The notes: generated by a model from the letters alone, not told the origin. A stretch of 62,955 nt of DNA from a virus (IMGVR_UViG_3300037511_000526:1-62955), one strand, 5' to 3'; positions 36,933-46,651 are shown, counted from the stretch's first letter. Program-made: numbers and translations.

Positions 36933-37771
36933 TAGTATAAATACCCCGGTTTTTCACACATAAAGATTCCATCCCAACGATCCGACCAAAAATCGTGAGA
37001 CTGGTCAAAGGAATCTGTAAGTATGCAGTGATTAAATTTGTCGAGGATCTCGTTAAATTCAGTGGCGCCGTGTTCAACCAACTTTGTTTCGATTTTGTGC
37101 ACCGAAACGCCATTCTTTCTATCGGCAGCGATTATGTAAGAATCTTTTACCTGACCCAGGCCACACAGGTACATTGCAGCCTGCATATAATAACCCCGCT
37201 GCATTATTTCACCCTGGAACTTTTGAGGGGATGCATCGGTACAGGTTTTAAGATCAAAGATGATTTTTTCACCATGCCCATCAATAAATCCTTTAAACCT
37301 AAAATTTTTGAATTCCCATTCTATCGGCTTTTCGTATTCAGATGCCATCTGCAATATCTTCGCCGAAGCGCGATTACTGTGTATATTTTCGGCAGCTATT
37401 TTGGCCGACACATAATCAGCGGTTTCTACTATTTGCTTTTCACCTGCCTCTTGTAATGCGGCCTGATACCACTCTTTATATGCCTTTGTTGACCTCGGCT
37501 TTGCACCACCTATTTGATTGCATATTTCGAGGTCTTCAATAATATGGTACCTATTAAAAAAGTCCTCGGGCTCCAAAACGAGGCAGTGCAGCATACTTCC
37601 GTATTGCATAGCTTCAGTATCTTCTTTTACTCCGAGCTTGTAGTCAATGAATGTGCGCGGCGAATTCTTAAAAGCAGATATTGATGAATATGACAAATGA
37701 TCATCGTGCCCCATAAGCTTATGGACAATTCGATCAATGTGCTGCTGCCGGTTGCTGACTTGTACTTCCAT
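36932..37771 (-). CDS. RecE/exonuclease VIII-like PD-(D/E)XK nuclease
   Basis: LSYSS, GSMLHCLVLEP, E..I..KGFID..DLKT, Y.MQAAMY. Confidence 0.85.
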   Translation of the reverse strand: MEVQVSNRQQHIDRIVHKLMGHDDHLSYSSISAFKNSPRTFIDYKLGVKEDTEAMQYGSMLHCLVLEPEDFFNRYHIIEDLEICNQIGGAKPRSTKAYKEWYQAALQEAGEKQIVETADYVSAKIAAENIHSNRASAKILQMASEYEKPIEWEFKNFRFKGFIDGHGEKIIFDLKTCTDASPQKFQGEIMQRGYYMQAAMYLCGLGQVKDSYIIAADRKNGVSVHKIETKLVEHGATEFNEILDKFNHCILTDSFDQSHDFWSDRWDGIFMCEKPGYLY

Positions 37772-38447
37772 TTAACTGGGTTTTTCTTGCATTTAATAAT
37801 TTCATGAATTCCGGGTTGCTATGCAGGTCGGGACTGTTTGTGTAGATAGCAGCTAAATTCTCTTTATCAGCTTCGGCAATAACGGCTTTCAATTCATCCG
37901 GGATTTCCACCTTGTCGGCTCTTTGCAGCTTGCTATTTAGCATATCTCCATAATTGACCATTTCGTTTCTGTTCAAATCCTTTCCGAATATTCGCCCGAA
38001 TTTTTCAGCAGCATCTTTAAAGGCATATGTTTCAGCGGCAGGCGCAGCCATTTGAACAGCGGCAGTATTTACCTGTGAAAAATCGGTTGCAGATGCGCCC
38101 TTTGCGGTTTGAATAGGTGAAGCTCCTACTCCATCCTGCCAATCCCATTCCCCGGTAATAGGATCAAGCACATGAAGCCGTACTGTTGCCACAACGCTAT
38201 TCGCGATTACCGCTACTTCTTTTACCTCCAAACGCCATTTTATAAAAATAGAAGTAAGCAAGTATTCAATAATTGCAACCGGCAGGTAATTGCTGTTATT
38301 TGCAAATTTATTTTGCTTGATCCATTCCTGCTTTGGCTGGCAATTGAGCAGTTTATTTAGGTCATTGAACCTGCTGGCTAACTCTATATCGCTATAGAGT
38401 TCTTCCAGCTTCGGCAATTGTCTCGTATGTTTTTGAATGTCTGACAT
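37734..38447 (-). CDS. Single-strand annealing protein (Rad52/Sak-like)
   Basis: Adjacent to exonuclease; DGVGA..A.P.AETYAFKDAAEKFGRIFGKDLN. Confidence 0.75.
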   Translation of the reverse strand: MSDIQKHTRQLPKLEELYSDIELASRFNDLNKLLNCQPKQEWIKQNKFANNSNYLPVAIIEYLLTSIFIKWRLEVKEVAVIANSVVATVRLHVLDPITGEWDWQDGVGASPIQTAKGASATDFSQVNTAAVQMAAPAAETYAFKDAAEKFGRIFGKDLNRNEMVNYGDMLNSKLQRADKVEIPDELKAVIAEADKENLAAIYTNSPDLHSNPEFMKLLNARKTQLNGSTSQQPAAAH

Positions 38448-38470
38448 AGTTTTCTTTTAAAGGGTTAAAA

Positions 38471-39175
38471 TCAAAACAGAAGATCGGGTGTAGCATCATC
38501 GAACCCGAATTTCACATCGGCGTCATGCTCCAGGTCTTCCAGCTTGCGTTTTTCCTCCCTGATGGCCTTGTCAATAGTGCTTTTCTGAGTGGCTACAAAA
38601 AGAGCTTTGGCCTTAGCCGTCAATTGCTCGAATGATTGCTTCACATCTGCCCACCGCCCGATCAGATACTTCGCCGTTTCTTCGAAGTAATGACTATAGT
38701 AATCAGGCTTATCTTTCCATGTCAATGCTTCCGATTCTGTAGGAACTTCGGCCAAACGGGCATATTTACTGTTATAAATAACCCATTTGCCTATAATACC
38801 GATACAGGCCGGATCGGGTGTTTTATCGTCGTACCAGATTTCGATTTTGTTGAAATACTGCTCTTTTACGGATAGAGCGGCCAAATCCAATATCTCTACA
38901 GGGATAGGCGTCTTGTCGTACTCCTTAATGTCAACGCGTCGTGGGCATAGCTGTAGGAAGACATTCACCAGCGATGTTTTCATGTGCAGGAACGGAATAG
39001 GTGATTTGTCTTTTGCCTGTATCTTAGTTTGTCCTTGCAAACCGAGTTCATTCACCAGGTTATTCCACTGATCTAACTTTTCGTTATCATAGATCAGTTC
39101 TTGTGTTTCCTCGATGATGTAAGTTTCAACCACTGTTTTCATACTGGCTGAATTGTTTTTTGTAATTGATTTCAT
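38471..39175 (-). CDS. Hypothetical protein
   Basis: Long ORF in operon orientation. Confidence 0.7.
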   Translation of the reverse strand: MKSITKNNSASMKTVVETYIIEETQELIYDNEKLDQWNNLVNELGLQGQTKIQAKDKSPIPFLHMKTSLVNVFLQLCPRRVDIKEYDKTPIPVEILDLAALSVKEQYFNKIEIWYDDKTPDPACIGIIGKWVIYNSKYARLAEVPTESEALTWKDKPDYYSHYFEETAKYLIGRWADVKQSFEQLTAKAKALFVATQKSTIDKAIREEKRKLEDLEHDADVKFGFDDATPDLLF

Positions 39176-39244
39176 AACTTTACTTTCGATTTATAGTTTA
39201 TAAAATGTTGTCCATTCAACCCCGGCTCTAACCGGGGGTTTGTT

Positions 39245-39643
39245 TTACTCTTCCGTTGTTTTCTGGGCTGGCTGCTGTTTGATTATAGCTTGCGTGGCAA
39301 GCACTTGTCTTACCATGTACACTGTGCCTCTTATTTGGCGTGATAACCAATCTTTCCTTCCACTTTCTGTTTCGTCTTTTGGAATTATTTTGGGGCCGTA
39401 GTGCACATAATGCTGTTCAGTAACCATATGCTTAGCGATCTCAAATATTTCTTTTGATGTTCCCCAGTCAAATACTTCGCATTCTGGGCAATGTGACCAG
39501 AAAGTAGGGTCACCGGAATTATCCACCGTTTCAATCGGTGATAATTTGCCACCGCAACCACTACATACGCCGCCAATATTATCTATTGTAGCCTGACACG
39601 TCTCTTTGCTTGTCTTGTATTGCTTTTCTATTGTATTGTTCAT
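39245..39643 (-). CDS. Zn-ribbon hypothetical protein
   Basis: CSGCGG..CPEC. Confidence 0.65.
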   Translation of the reverse strand: MNNTIEKQYKTSKETCQATIDNIGGVCSGCGGKLSPIETVDNSGDPTFWSHCPECEVFDWGTSKEIFEIAKHMVTEQHYVHYGPKIIPKDETESGRKDWLSRQIRGTVYMVRQVLATQAIIKQQPAQKTTEE

Positions 39644-39663
39644 AGTTGTGTTTGTTTGCCTTC

Positions 39664-40165
39664 AAAAAACTCCGCTCCCGACCACTCGGCCAGCGGAGAA
39701 ACCTTGACCTGTCCTGAAAAATCTTTCAAAAAGTGCCAGAGCCTTTCCCAACTCCGGCGGTGATCTGTTCTACCATGAAATAAGATATTGGTCGCCCGGG
39801 TCTTAACCGATTTGTGAAGCAGTCATAAGATCCATTCGTCGATCTTCACGACCAATAAGAATTTTAAATTGACGGATGGCAGGATTTAACTACCGGGGGT
39901 GTTCTCTATAGTATTTTTCCGGCGACCATGAAATCATGATCCTCACCTACACGGGGCTACAGTTACGACTTTCTGCTTGCCTCCACCGCCAAAAGTCGAT
40001 AGTGCGCGGCTGCGGGTAATTCCGCTGCATCCGTCAATGAGGTTATGGCCAGCCTTCCCCGCGTGTGTGCGGGCACTTAACCATAACGTATTTAAAGAAC
40101 TTCTTTTCAAAATTTGCAGCCCCAAGAATAAGGCTGCCTTAAGACCTAAACCCTGTGCTTGAAAA
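39664..40165 (-). ncRNA. Non-coding cluster of about six tandem structured elements
   Basis: Stems at 39670-39698, 39735-39758, 39787-39857, 39868-40038, 40042-40087, 40116-40137, separated by AT-rich linkers. Confidence 0.55.
40091..40102 (-). promoter_or_regulatory. boxA-like antitermination motif
   Basis: Minus strand AAGTTCTTTAAA after a hairpin and upstream of terminator-like stems. Confidence 0.35.
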
Positions 40166-40331
40166 TTATTTTAGCTTTTCCATCGCTTTATCTGCCTTGC
40201 TCACCCGCCAATTGATCACCCTGGCTATAACTATAAGAGTTCCTATTATGATTGCCATATGCGTTTATATGTCAGGTACAGAAGATCAATTATGAATATG
40301 ATTGCGAGTATGGTAAGCACGGATCAAGTCT

Positions 40332-40550
40332 TTAATTGCTGCTTTTATAAGGGTCGAGAAACGGGAACTCGCTATAGAATACCGCCATATCTTCCTCCGA
40401 TAAACGGTCAAGCTCCAAAAGTGCATCCTTGTCAATTTGATTTTCATAGAGACGTTTCCTTTTGTATTTTTTATGTATATCCACGGCCATTGCGACTAAT
40501 ACAACAACGAAAAAAAGAAATACAGTAAGGAGGGTATAGATTAGGAGCAT
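40332..40550 (-). CDS. Small membrane protein
   Basis: N-terminal TM helix. Confidence 0.6.
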   Translation of the reverse strand: MLLIYTLLTVFLFFVVVLVAMAVDIHKKYKRKRLYENQIDKDALLELDRLSEEDMAVFYSEFPFLDPYKSSN

Positions 40551-40553
40551 AGG

Positions 40554-40982
40554 TTAAGAATTTTTAACGCTTAAAAATATTGCGCCTGAACGTTTATCAT
40601 AGGCGATATTCTGAATATTTTTCATGTCGGGGAAGTAACCTTCTAATTTCACATCATCATCATCATCACCATCATCTTCACTGATGATAAGTGGGTCAAA
40701 CAATTTATAACCGAAATTGCTGGCCATTACTTTCCCATCTTCAAATATGTAGGAAAAGTCTGTCGTCCTACTATCATTCCAGGGCCACGGCCAACCATCT
40801 TTTGGGAATGTAGCATCATTGCGATTTCGCAAGTACTCGTTTACACTCAGCTCAAATTCTGCTTCTGTGGTGGCCTGTAAAACCTTGTCATCAATTCCTT
40901 CGGGATACCCATCTAACCCCTGCGATCCAAGCCATTTCATTTTACCTTCTTTCCTGATATAAAAGTCTGCTCGCGTGCCCAT
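40554..40982 (-). CDS. Phage hypothetical protein
   Basis: MGTRADFY..DGYPEG..GWPWPW.DS.TTD. Confidence 0.75.
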   Translation of the reverse strand: MGTRADFYIRKEGKMKWLGSQGLDGYPEGIDDKVLQATTEAEFELSVNEYLRNRNDATFPKDGWPWPWNDSRTTDFSYIFEDGKVMASNFGYKLFDPLIISEDDGDDDDDVKLEGYFPDMKNIQNIAYDKRSGAIFLSVKNS

Positions 40983-41049
40983 ATGATTAGTTATATTGTT
41001 GTTGTTTTAAATTAGCCGGCCAGCCCTTGCCGCCACTGGCTATACCGTC

Positions 41050-41361
41050 CTACGAAATATGTTGTGTGAATGGTTGCAATGCCTGGGCGATCGCCGGTGG
41101 AAGATTGTTGGTACCCAAATACTTTTCCGCATTATGCTTCGCTGCTCCTTCAATGCCATTCATCAGTTCCAGCCAGTTGCCGTGCACCACGATCATTCCG
41201 AACAGATATGGAGGCGCTGATAGGTTCGTGACGCTGGCTATGATCTTGCCATCATTTTTCATGGCATAGTATTCAACGTCGATGTATTGCGCATCTTTCC
41301 ACTGGTAACCGAACAGGGCGGCATCGACGTGGTAGGAAAATTTCTTGGTGATGGGAGTCAT
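41050..41361 (-). CDS. Hypothetical protein
   Basis: Operon packing. Confidence 0.6.
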   Translation of the reverse strand: MTPITKKFSYHVDAALFGYQWKDAQYIDVEYYAMKNDGKIIASVTNLSAPPYLFGMIVVHGNWLELMNGIEGAAKHNAEKYLGTNNLPPAIAQALQPFTQHIS

Positions 41362-41564
41362 AAAGTACCTTTTAAAAATTTTAAATAAGTTTCCGAATGC
41401 ACCCTCTCACACTCCTCCTTACTCATCCCCTCTTCACACGCTGCGATATACGCTGCGATCGCTGCATCTTCAGCGGCTTGTTTACCGCCGCGACGGATCA
41501 TGTATGCCTGTTTTTTGTTCAGCAATTCATCGGGATGGGGCTCGATATGGAGAGGGATTAGCAT
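41358..41564 (-). CDS. Hypothetical protein
   Basis: Operon packing. Confidence 0.6.
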   Translation of the reverse strand: MLIPLHIEPHPDELLNKKQAYMIRRGGKQAAEDAAIAAYIAACEEGMSKEECERVHSETYLKFLKGTL

Positions 41565-42328
41565 GTGGCGGTAGGTTGATCAACCCATTTAGAGATTGCT
41601 TTCATGGCTTTTGGATATTTATCCGCAAAAAGATTTTTATATCTAGCCCAAATAGCCTGGTCGATAACCCAATGCTGTCCGAGATCTATTTTAATCCTGC
41701 ACAACTTGCCATTTTTATCGGAACTCCATTTGGGAACCTCGAAAGAAAAATTCAGCTTGTAGGGTCGAATACCGTAAGGGAAAAATTCTCCTTCATGGCC
41801 CTCGTAGTCATTCTTTTCGGCAAGATGTAATAACTGTTCCATGGCATCGTCAGAAAGAGGAACAATTGTATGGCCGTTCGTTTCATATAATTCCAGGGAG
41901 AATCTTAGCTGGTTGTATAAATTTATCTGCTCATTGTAGATTCGCGTGTACTTATCCTCCATAGTTTCCGCTCTGCTCCATACCTCATTACATTTTTTAA
42001 TAATGCTGGCCGGTATTCCATTCATTTCAGGATTAGTTAGTTTAACGGTATCGTCTTTTAATTCAGGCGGAAAGTTGAAATAATAAGTAGCGTAAGTGGA
42101 ATCGAAGTCATCGTCTTCATCGCATATGTAACACGGATTAGAAGTCAGCTTTTCATTCGGATAGTCTTTCCTATTACCTCCGCCGGTGCGCGTATAGATT
42201 GTAATACCACTTTCATTAATAGAACAATTCCTGAATCTTTCAACGTCCTGTTCTTTGAGACCTAAAATCGCTAGAATGACCGGCGTCGCTGTATTCTTTC
42301 CAAATAACATATTGTATAAGCTGCTCAT
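41558..42328 (-). CDS. Phage hypothetical protein (start MSSLYN)
   Basis: LYNMLFG.N..YTRTGGGNR..DDDFDSTYA. Confidence 0.7.
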   Translation of the reverse strand: MSSLYNMLFGKNTATPVILAILGLKEQDVERFRNCSINESGITIYTRTGGGNRKDYPNEKLTSNPCYICDEDDDFDSTYATYYFNFPPELKDDTVKLTNPEMNGIPASIIKKCNEVWSRAETMEDKYTRIYNEQINLYNQLRFSLELYETNGHTIVPLSDDAMEQLLHLAEKNDYEGHEGEFFPYGIRPYKLNFSFEVPKWSSDKNGKLCRIKIDLGQHWVIDQAIWARYKNLFADKYPKAMKAISKWVDQPTATC

Positions 42329-42441
42329 AATGGAGTTGTTTACTTGTTTTGCATTATCCTCAAACACGCCGCGACACATTCAGCGGCTGTCATTGACAGG
42401 GTTACGGATTGGTCTTTCATCTGTAATAGTTTAGGGTGTGG

Positions 42442-42531
42442 TTAAAATGGGTAAGTGAGAAATTGAATGATTGCGATCAATTCGAGGTACGCGAGTGCAA
42501 CGATCACATTTTGTAAAAGTTCCTTTTTCAT
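42442..42531 (-). CDS. 29-aa hydrophobic peptide downstream of the ribozyme
   Basis: MKKELLQNVIVALAYLELIAIIQFLTYPF. Confidence 0.5.
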   Translation of the reverse strand: MKKELLQNVIVALAYLELIAIIQFLTYPF

Positions 42532-42543
42532 GGTTTCATATTT

Positions 42544-42594
42544 GGTTAAGACCCGTCATGCGGGTTTCGCCGATTTACGGCTCGTCAGTTAACC
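42544..42594 (-). ncRNA. Type I hammerhead ribozyme
   Basis: GGUUAA-CUGACGA-GCCG uaaau CGGC-GAA-ACCCG cauga CGGGU-C-UUAACC: full catalytic core, three perfect stems, GUC cleavage triplet. Confidence 0.92.
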
Positions 42595-42765
42595 TTTAGG
42601 ATCGATATGATAGGTCGTGTATTCCGGATATTCGTATAGTGAACCATCTTCACAATGAAGACATCCATCTTCAGAATCAGCAGGAATGAAAATATTTTTG
42701 TCACGTTCGAAACCTTGTGCATCAAGCTCAGCAGCTAATTCAAAAACAGAATTGTATTTTTTCAT
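42589..42765 (-). CDS. Small acidic protein (58 aa, not in ORF track)
   Basis: MKKYNSVFELAAELDAQGFERDKN...; stop codon lies in ribozyme stem I. Confidence 0.55.
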   Translation of the reverse strand: MKKYNSVFELAAELDAQGFERDKNIFIPADSEDGCLHCEDGSLYEYPEYTTYHIDPKG

Positions 42766-42787
42766 GGTTTTTATTTTAGAGGGTTAT

Positions 42788-42979
42788 TTAAGCGCTCTTC
42801 TTCGCTGGCTTCACTGTTCGTATACTCAACCAGCTATCAATCTTCTCTGGATCAAACCGGATATCGCCGCCTGGTAGCTTAATAAAGTGTATGGTCCGCT
42901 TTTCCACCCAACTACGTATAGTCCTAGGCTTCACATTGATCTTCTCGGCAAGTTGTGGTATCGTTAAAAGGTTGGTCAT
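42788..42979 (-). CDS. Excisionase-like HTH protein
   Basis: LLTIPQLAEKINVKPRTIRSWV..I..IKL.GG.IRF..I..WL. Confidence 0.85.
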   Translation of the reverse strand: MTNLLTIPQLAEKINVKPRTIRSWVEKRTIHFIKLPGGDIRFDPEKIDSWLSIRTVKPAKKSA

Positions 42980-43191
42980 TAAACTGACGATTTATAATGC
43001 TCTGCCATCTGTTGGCAGAATGAACTGAATATTCCCAAACCTATATTGTCTTGCGGATCGATCACAAAGTCGGGCGCAATAAAGTCAGGATCGGTATCAA
43101 CATATATCTTTACCCCATACCGCTCTACCGGCTTTGTCTTCGCTTGTTCTGCGCCGTTGATCATATCTTGTATGGGGTAGTACTTGTACAT
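42979..43191 (-). CDS. Hypothetical protein
   Basis: TAATG coupling to the xis-like gene. Confidence 0.55.
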   Translation of the reverse strand: MYKYYPIQDMINGAEQAKTKPVERYGVKIYVDTDPDFIAPDFVIDPQDNIGLGIFSSFCQQMAEHYKSSV

Positions 43192-43273
43192 TTCTGAATG
43201 GTTTGTTAATAACTGCTGCGGGTGGTTGTATAGGTGAAATCTTTTTGCATTCTTTGCGACAGATTAGCTTGCC

Positions 43274-43477
43274 TTACAGATACTGCTTAATGAGCTCAGC
43301 CTTTTTGTCGTAATAATCTCCCATAACCTTGAAAACCTCATCACGACACTTGCCTTCTCGAAAAGCCCGGTTAAATGTCTCAGCAGCAGAACCTGGAAGT
43401 TTTTCGGCCATTTTTTCAGAATCACCTGGCGAACGCAAAGCCTGCCATTTCTTTATCAGCTTTTCTGGTATTTCCAT
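43274..43477 (-). CDS. Cro-like regulator
   Basis: Small helical protein divergent from the repressor. Confidence 0.6.
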   Translation of the reverse strand: MEIPEKLIKKWQALRSPGDSEKMAEKLPGSAAETFNRAFREGKCRDEVFKVMGDYYDKKAELIKQYL

Positions 43478-43506
43478 TGCTTTGTGTTATTTTGTGTTTG
43501 CTTGAA

Positions 43507-43548
43507 CAAATATAGGACGATATTTCGTCAGATTCCAAATTTTCGTCA
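43507..43548 (-). promoter_or_regulatory. Early lytic promoter with repressor operator
   Basis: TTTG (43536-39), 21-bp spacer, TATATTTG (43507-14); palindrome GACGA-tatt-TCGTC (43516-29) between them and a second TTTCGTCA half-site at 43541-48. Confidence 0.75.
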
Positions 43549-43578
43549 ACAAATCTTTAATTATTTATTGCAACACAG

Positions 43579-44217
43579 ATGCAAATCAATGAAAAGATAA
43601 AACAGGCGCGGCTTTTAAGAGGATGGAGCCAGCATGAGATTGCCGGAAAACTGGAAGAAAGCCGGTCTTCCTATGCAGAATGGGAGCGTGAAACCGTACC
43701 ACGGGTAGATATTCTTGTCAAAATTGCAAATATTACCGGCGTACCCATAGCGGAGTTTATAAAAGCCATTGACCCGAATGCGATAATAGCATCTGGCTTT
43801 GACGAAAAACCATCAATGGTTAAAATGTCGTTGGATTTTTTGTCAGGCAAATTAGAAGCAAAAAAAGAAACCATCGAACAAATAGAGGCCAGGCGCCAGG
43901 AAGCCAGAGAATGGGCGGAACGGGCAGAAAGGGATAAGGAAAAGTTAAGCGACATGCTGGATAAAGCGCTAACTACAATCAACGGAGTTCTAACTAAATT
44001 GCTTACTAATTCAGAAGACACGAAGGAGAATATGACAATTGCGACAATTGAAATGCAGTCTGAACATCGGGCAATAATGGACACATTGGATATAATTGCA
44101 AAACAACCAGTTGGCACAACCGTCGGTAAGGCCGACATTTTAGAAGACGCTGCTCGTGCACCAATGAAGAAAAGTCGCACTGCTGATAGCAAGCAGGGCA
44201 TATCAAAGGAGAAATAA
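43579..44217 (+). CDS. XRE-family HTH repressor (CI-like) with coiled-coil C-terminus
   Basis: KIKQARLLRGWSQHEIA..L..SRSSYA.WE...P....L.KIA. Confidence 0.85.
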   Translation: MQINEKIKQARLLRGWSQHEIAGKLEESRSSYAEWERETVPRVDILVKIANITGVPIAEFIKAIDPNAIIASGFDEKPSMVKMSLDFLSGKLEAKKETIEQIEARRQEAREWAERAERDKEKLSDMLDKALTTINGVLTKLLTNSEDTKENMTIATIEMQSEHRAIMDTLDIIAKQPVGTTVGKADILEDAARAPMKKSRTADSKQGISKEK

Positions 44218-44767
44218 CAGATCCCATAATGTATTGTCGCTTTGAAAGCGTTAAAAAAAATAGGCGCAGCTTTCGCTGCAGCGATCCGGGACTGGCATCC
44301 CTTGCAACCACAACTACATGCCGCGCCTTATCGGCGCACCGTAGTTACCAGGTTGCGTAAAATTGCCAGTTTTGATCGCTTGGTAAACTAAAGTCCAATA
44401 TTTTTACCGGTTATCCGGTCGTGAAGTCCCGCAAAAATACTTGATTGAGATTAATCCTAAGGAGAATAATTATGGCACAGCATGGAATTTCGGTTTTACA
44501 AAGTTAAGGTTGTTGGCTAGTGCTAATCATTGCCTATATCAGCTTTTAAAGGGCGGGATAAGCAATATAAGTAATGAACAAATTAATAACAATTAGAATT
44601 TTTGTGTTATACATGGAACTGCGTAGCAAAACCGGTATAGCTAAAATAAATACCCAATCTATTTATTCGGTATTAATTATATGTGTTGACTATAGTCAAT
44701 ATACCAATGAGCCCTGTATTGCGCTTGGATAAAATTTCGTTTATTCAGAATGTTAATATCAACCAAA

Positions 44768-45208
44768 ATGAAATATCTTTTTTTAAGTTTAGTTATTGTT
44801 ACAAATCTCTCTTACGCGCAAGAACCCCCTAAAAAGGCCAATAAAATAATAGTATTAACTAAGGACAGCGCTAATACTCTAATAAGTAAAATTGCCATTG
44901 AATTGTTCAATCGGGGGTTTACAATAGATACAAAAGATGAGGCATTGAAACAGATTACAACAAAAGAGCGGCCGAACAAAAATAGTATGACATTAATAAA
45001 GATTAGGGCGATGGTGAATGATACAGCTATTATTTTCACTAGTCAAATGGCACTGGCAAACGAATATACATTAATGGGTGTTACCATGAAGCCCACTTTC
45101 GATCCGGTGACTTATTCGGGAATGAAAAAAGGTTATATGATGGAAGCGTGGCGCGAACTTGATGCTATTGCTCACGAATTTGGCGATAAGATAACTTACA
45201 GCAAGTAA
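44768..45208 (+). CDS. Secreted protein, lysogenic conversion candidate
   Basis: Signal peptide MKYLFLSLVIVTNLSYA-Q; between repressor and integrase. Confidence 0.7.
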   Translation: MKYLFLSLVIVTNLSYAQEPPKKANKIIVLTKDSANTLISKIAIELFNRGFTIDTKDEALKQITTKERPNKNSMTLIKIRAMVNDTAIIFTSQMALANEYTLMGVTMKPTFDPVTYSGMKKGYMMEAWRELDAIAHEFGDKITYSK

Positions 45209-45302
45209 ATAATGCCTGTTAAAGAAACAAGGCGGTTATTTTAGTAATAACAGCAGGATTTAAGCTGTAAGCTCTTTTTACAACTTTTCAATTTAGTACC
45301 GC

Positions 45303-46532
45303 TCATTCTCCATATAACTTATCCAATTCATTATCCAGGTATTCATCGTCGAGTGCCTGCAGGTATATTTCGGTCGTATTGGAACGGCTATGACCGAGGC
45401 TATCTTTAATCACATGAATATTGTCCGTCTTCTTTTTTAGATGAAATGCAAATGTATGCCGGGCAATATGAAAGGTGAGCGCTTTTGATATACCCGCCAG
45501 TGCCGCCACAGTCTTCAAATTCCGATTCACTATCACATTCAAACTGTCGATCATTTTGATATACCCTTCTTTACTCATCGGTATCTCTTTGACATAAGGG
45601 AACAGGAATGGCCCATCGCCTGCGTATTGGTCTATAATCGCCTGCAGCCGAGAGTGAATCTTCACACTAACGTATTTGTTACCCTTATTTGTGCGGAATA
45701 ATATGCGGCCGCTCGTGATCATGTCGCGCCGGCAGGTTATGCAAGTCTCAAACCGGTTGCCTTTGCAGTAATAAGAGAATAACCACAGGTTGCGGGCATC
45801 GTTTACTGGGCCCTGTTTTAGGCTCAAATCCTCGATTGCTTTAACTTCAGCATCGGTCAACTTCTCTTTCTTTACCGGCTTCGTTGGGACTTTGTATAAC
45901 TTAAATGGGTTTGGTCCTTCTGCTTTCCCATCATTTATTGCATCAGTATAGAATTTGCCCAGGAATTCGAATTTCTTATGTCTAGTGTTGTTGCCATTAC
46001 CCTGACTGATAAGGAAGGCATCGAAGTCGCGAAGAAGATCCTGTGTAATGTCATCAAAGTAAATCTGGTTACCACGCAGCGGCCGCTTCAATCGTTCGTC
46101 TTCAAGCAGGTCGGCGTAGGTAAGGCCATGTGTTTTGAATACGCGGAATTCCCGGTCGAAGCGCCTGACCTTTCGCTCCATGATAATCATTTCCTTTTTG
46201 CCATACTGTTCAGCTCGATGCAGAAGATATTCGTTCCAGGAGTAACTATCATGAGCCTTTCCAATAAGGTCGAGCTTTATAGTCCGGCCGCGCCGCTGGC
46301 ATTCGTAAATATATTGTTTGGCATGGTTGACCAGCTCATCGATCCGGCTGTTTATAATCGCGGCATCGGGATGCTTTCCGCTTACTTCAGTTTCTTTCCA
46401 ATATCGCTGGTCTATCTTCCAGCCGGTAAGCAGGTCGCGGACTTGGGCGCAATTGCGGACGCGAACAATAACGGGGAAGGTATTATCTTTAGAACGGTAC
46501 CTGGTGTCCAGGAGGGGCTTTACGGTGGCCAT
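45303..46532 (-). CDS. int: Tyrosine integrase (start MATVKP)
   Basis: Bacteroidota-type arm-binding N-terminus; GNRF, K, HIARHTFA, LGHS, TEIY catalytic residues. Confidence 0.93.
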   Translation of the reverse strand: MATVKPLLDTRYRSKDNTFPVIVRVRNCAQVRDLLTGWKIDQRYWKETEVSGKHPDAAIINSRIDELVNHAKQYIYECQRRGRTIKLDLIGKAHDSYSWNEYLLHRAEQYGKKEMIIMERKVRRFDREFRVFKTHGLTYADLLEDERLKRPLRGNQIYFDDITQDLLRDFDAFLISQGNGNNTRHKKFEFLGKFYTDAINDGKAEGPNPFKLYKVPTKPVKKEKLTDAEVKAIEDLSLKQGPVNDARNLWLFSYYCKGNRFETCITCRRDMITSGRILFRTNKGNKYVSVKIHSRLQAIIDQYAGDGPFLFPYVKEIPMSKEGYIKMIDSLNVIVNRNLKTVAALAGISKALTFHIARHTFAFHLKKKTDNIHVIKDSLGHSRSNTTEIYLQALDDEYLDNELDKLYGE

Positions 46533-46651
46533 AGCAATCAGTTTTTTGCACGTTTTCTTCCACGTTCCTTGCACGGAAACGATGGTAACAAATGTAAACA
46601 AATGTAAAGTGGTGCACAAACAAAATCCGCTGGAAGCCGCTACCACAAAAG

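Noticed and set aside
40651-40680. (CAT)n run
   Set aside because: Encodes a poly-Asp stretch; not a phase-variation tract
44220-44760. Gap after the repressor with a minus-strand TAACTTTG at 44499-44506
   Set aside because: Only an 8-codon ORF follows and I found no convincing structure; a possible antisense transcript to the repressor is unsupported
45978-46607. 209-aa + strand ORF, and similar antisense ORFs such as 43671-44201, 31918-32442 and 36995-37456
   Set aside because: Shadows of well-supported genes on the opposite strand, with no motifs of their own
46533-46646. N-terminal extension of the integrase in the ORF track (likewise dnaB 32751-32825 and capsid 61758-61829)
   Set aside because: Extensions overlap att arm sites or upstream genes; downstream ATGs fit domain starts and translational coupling better
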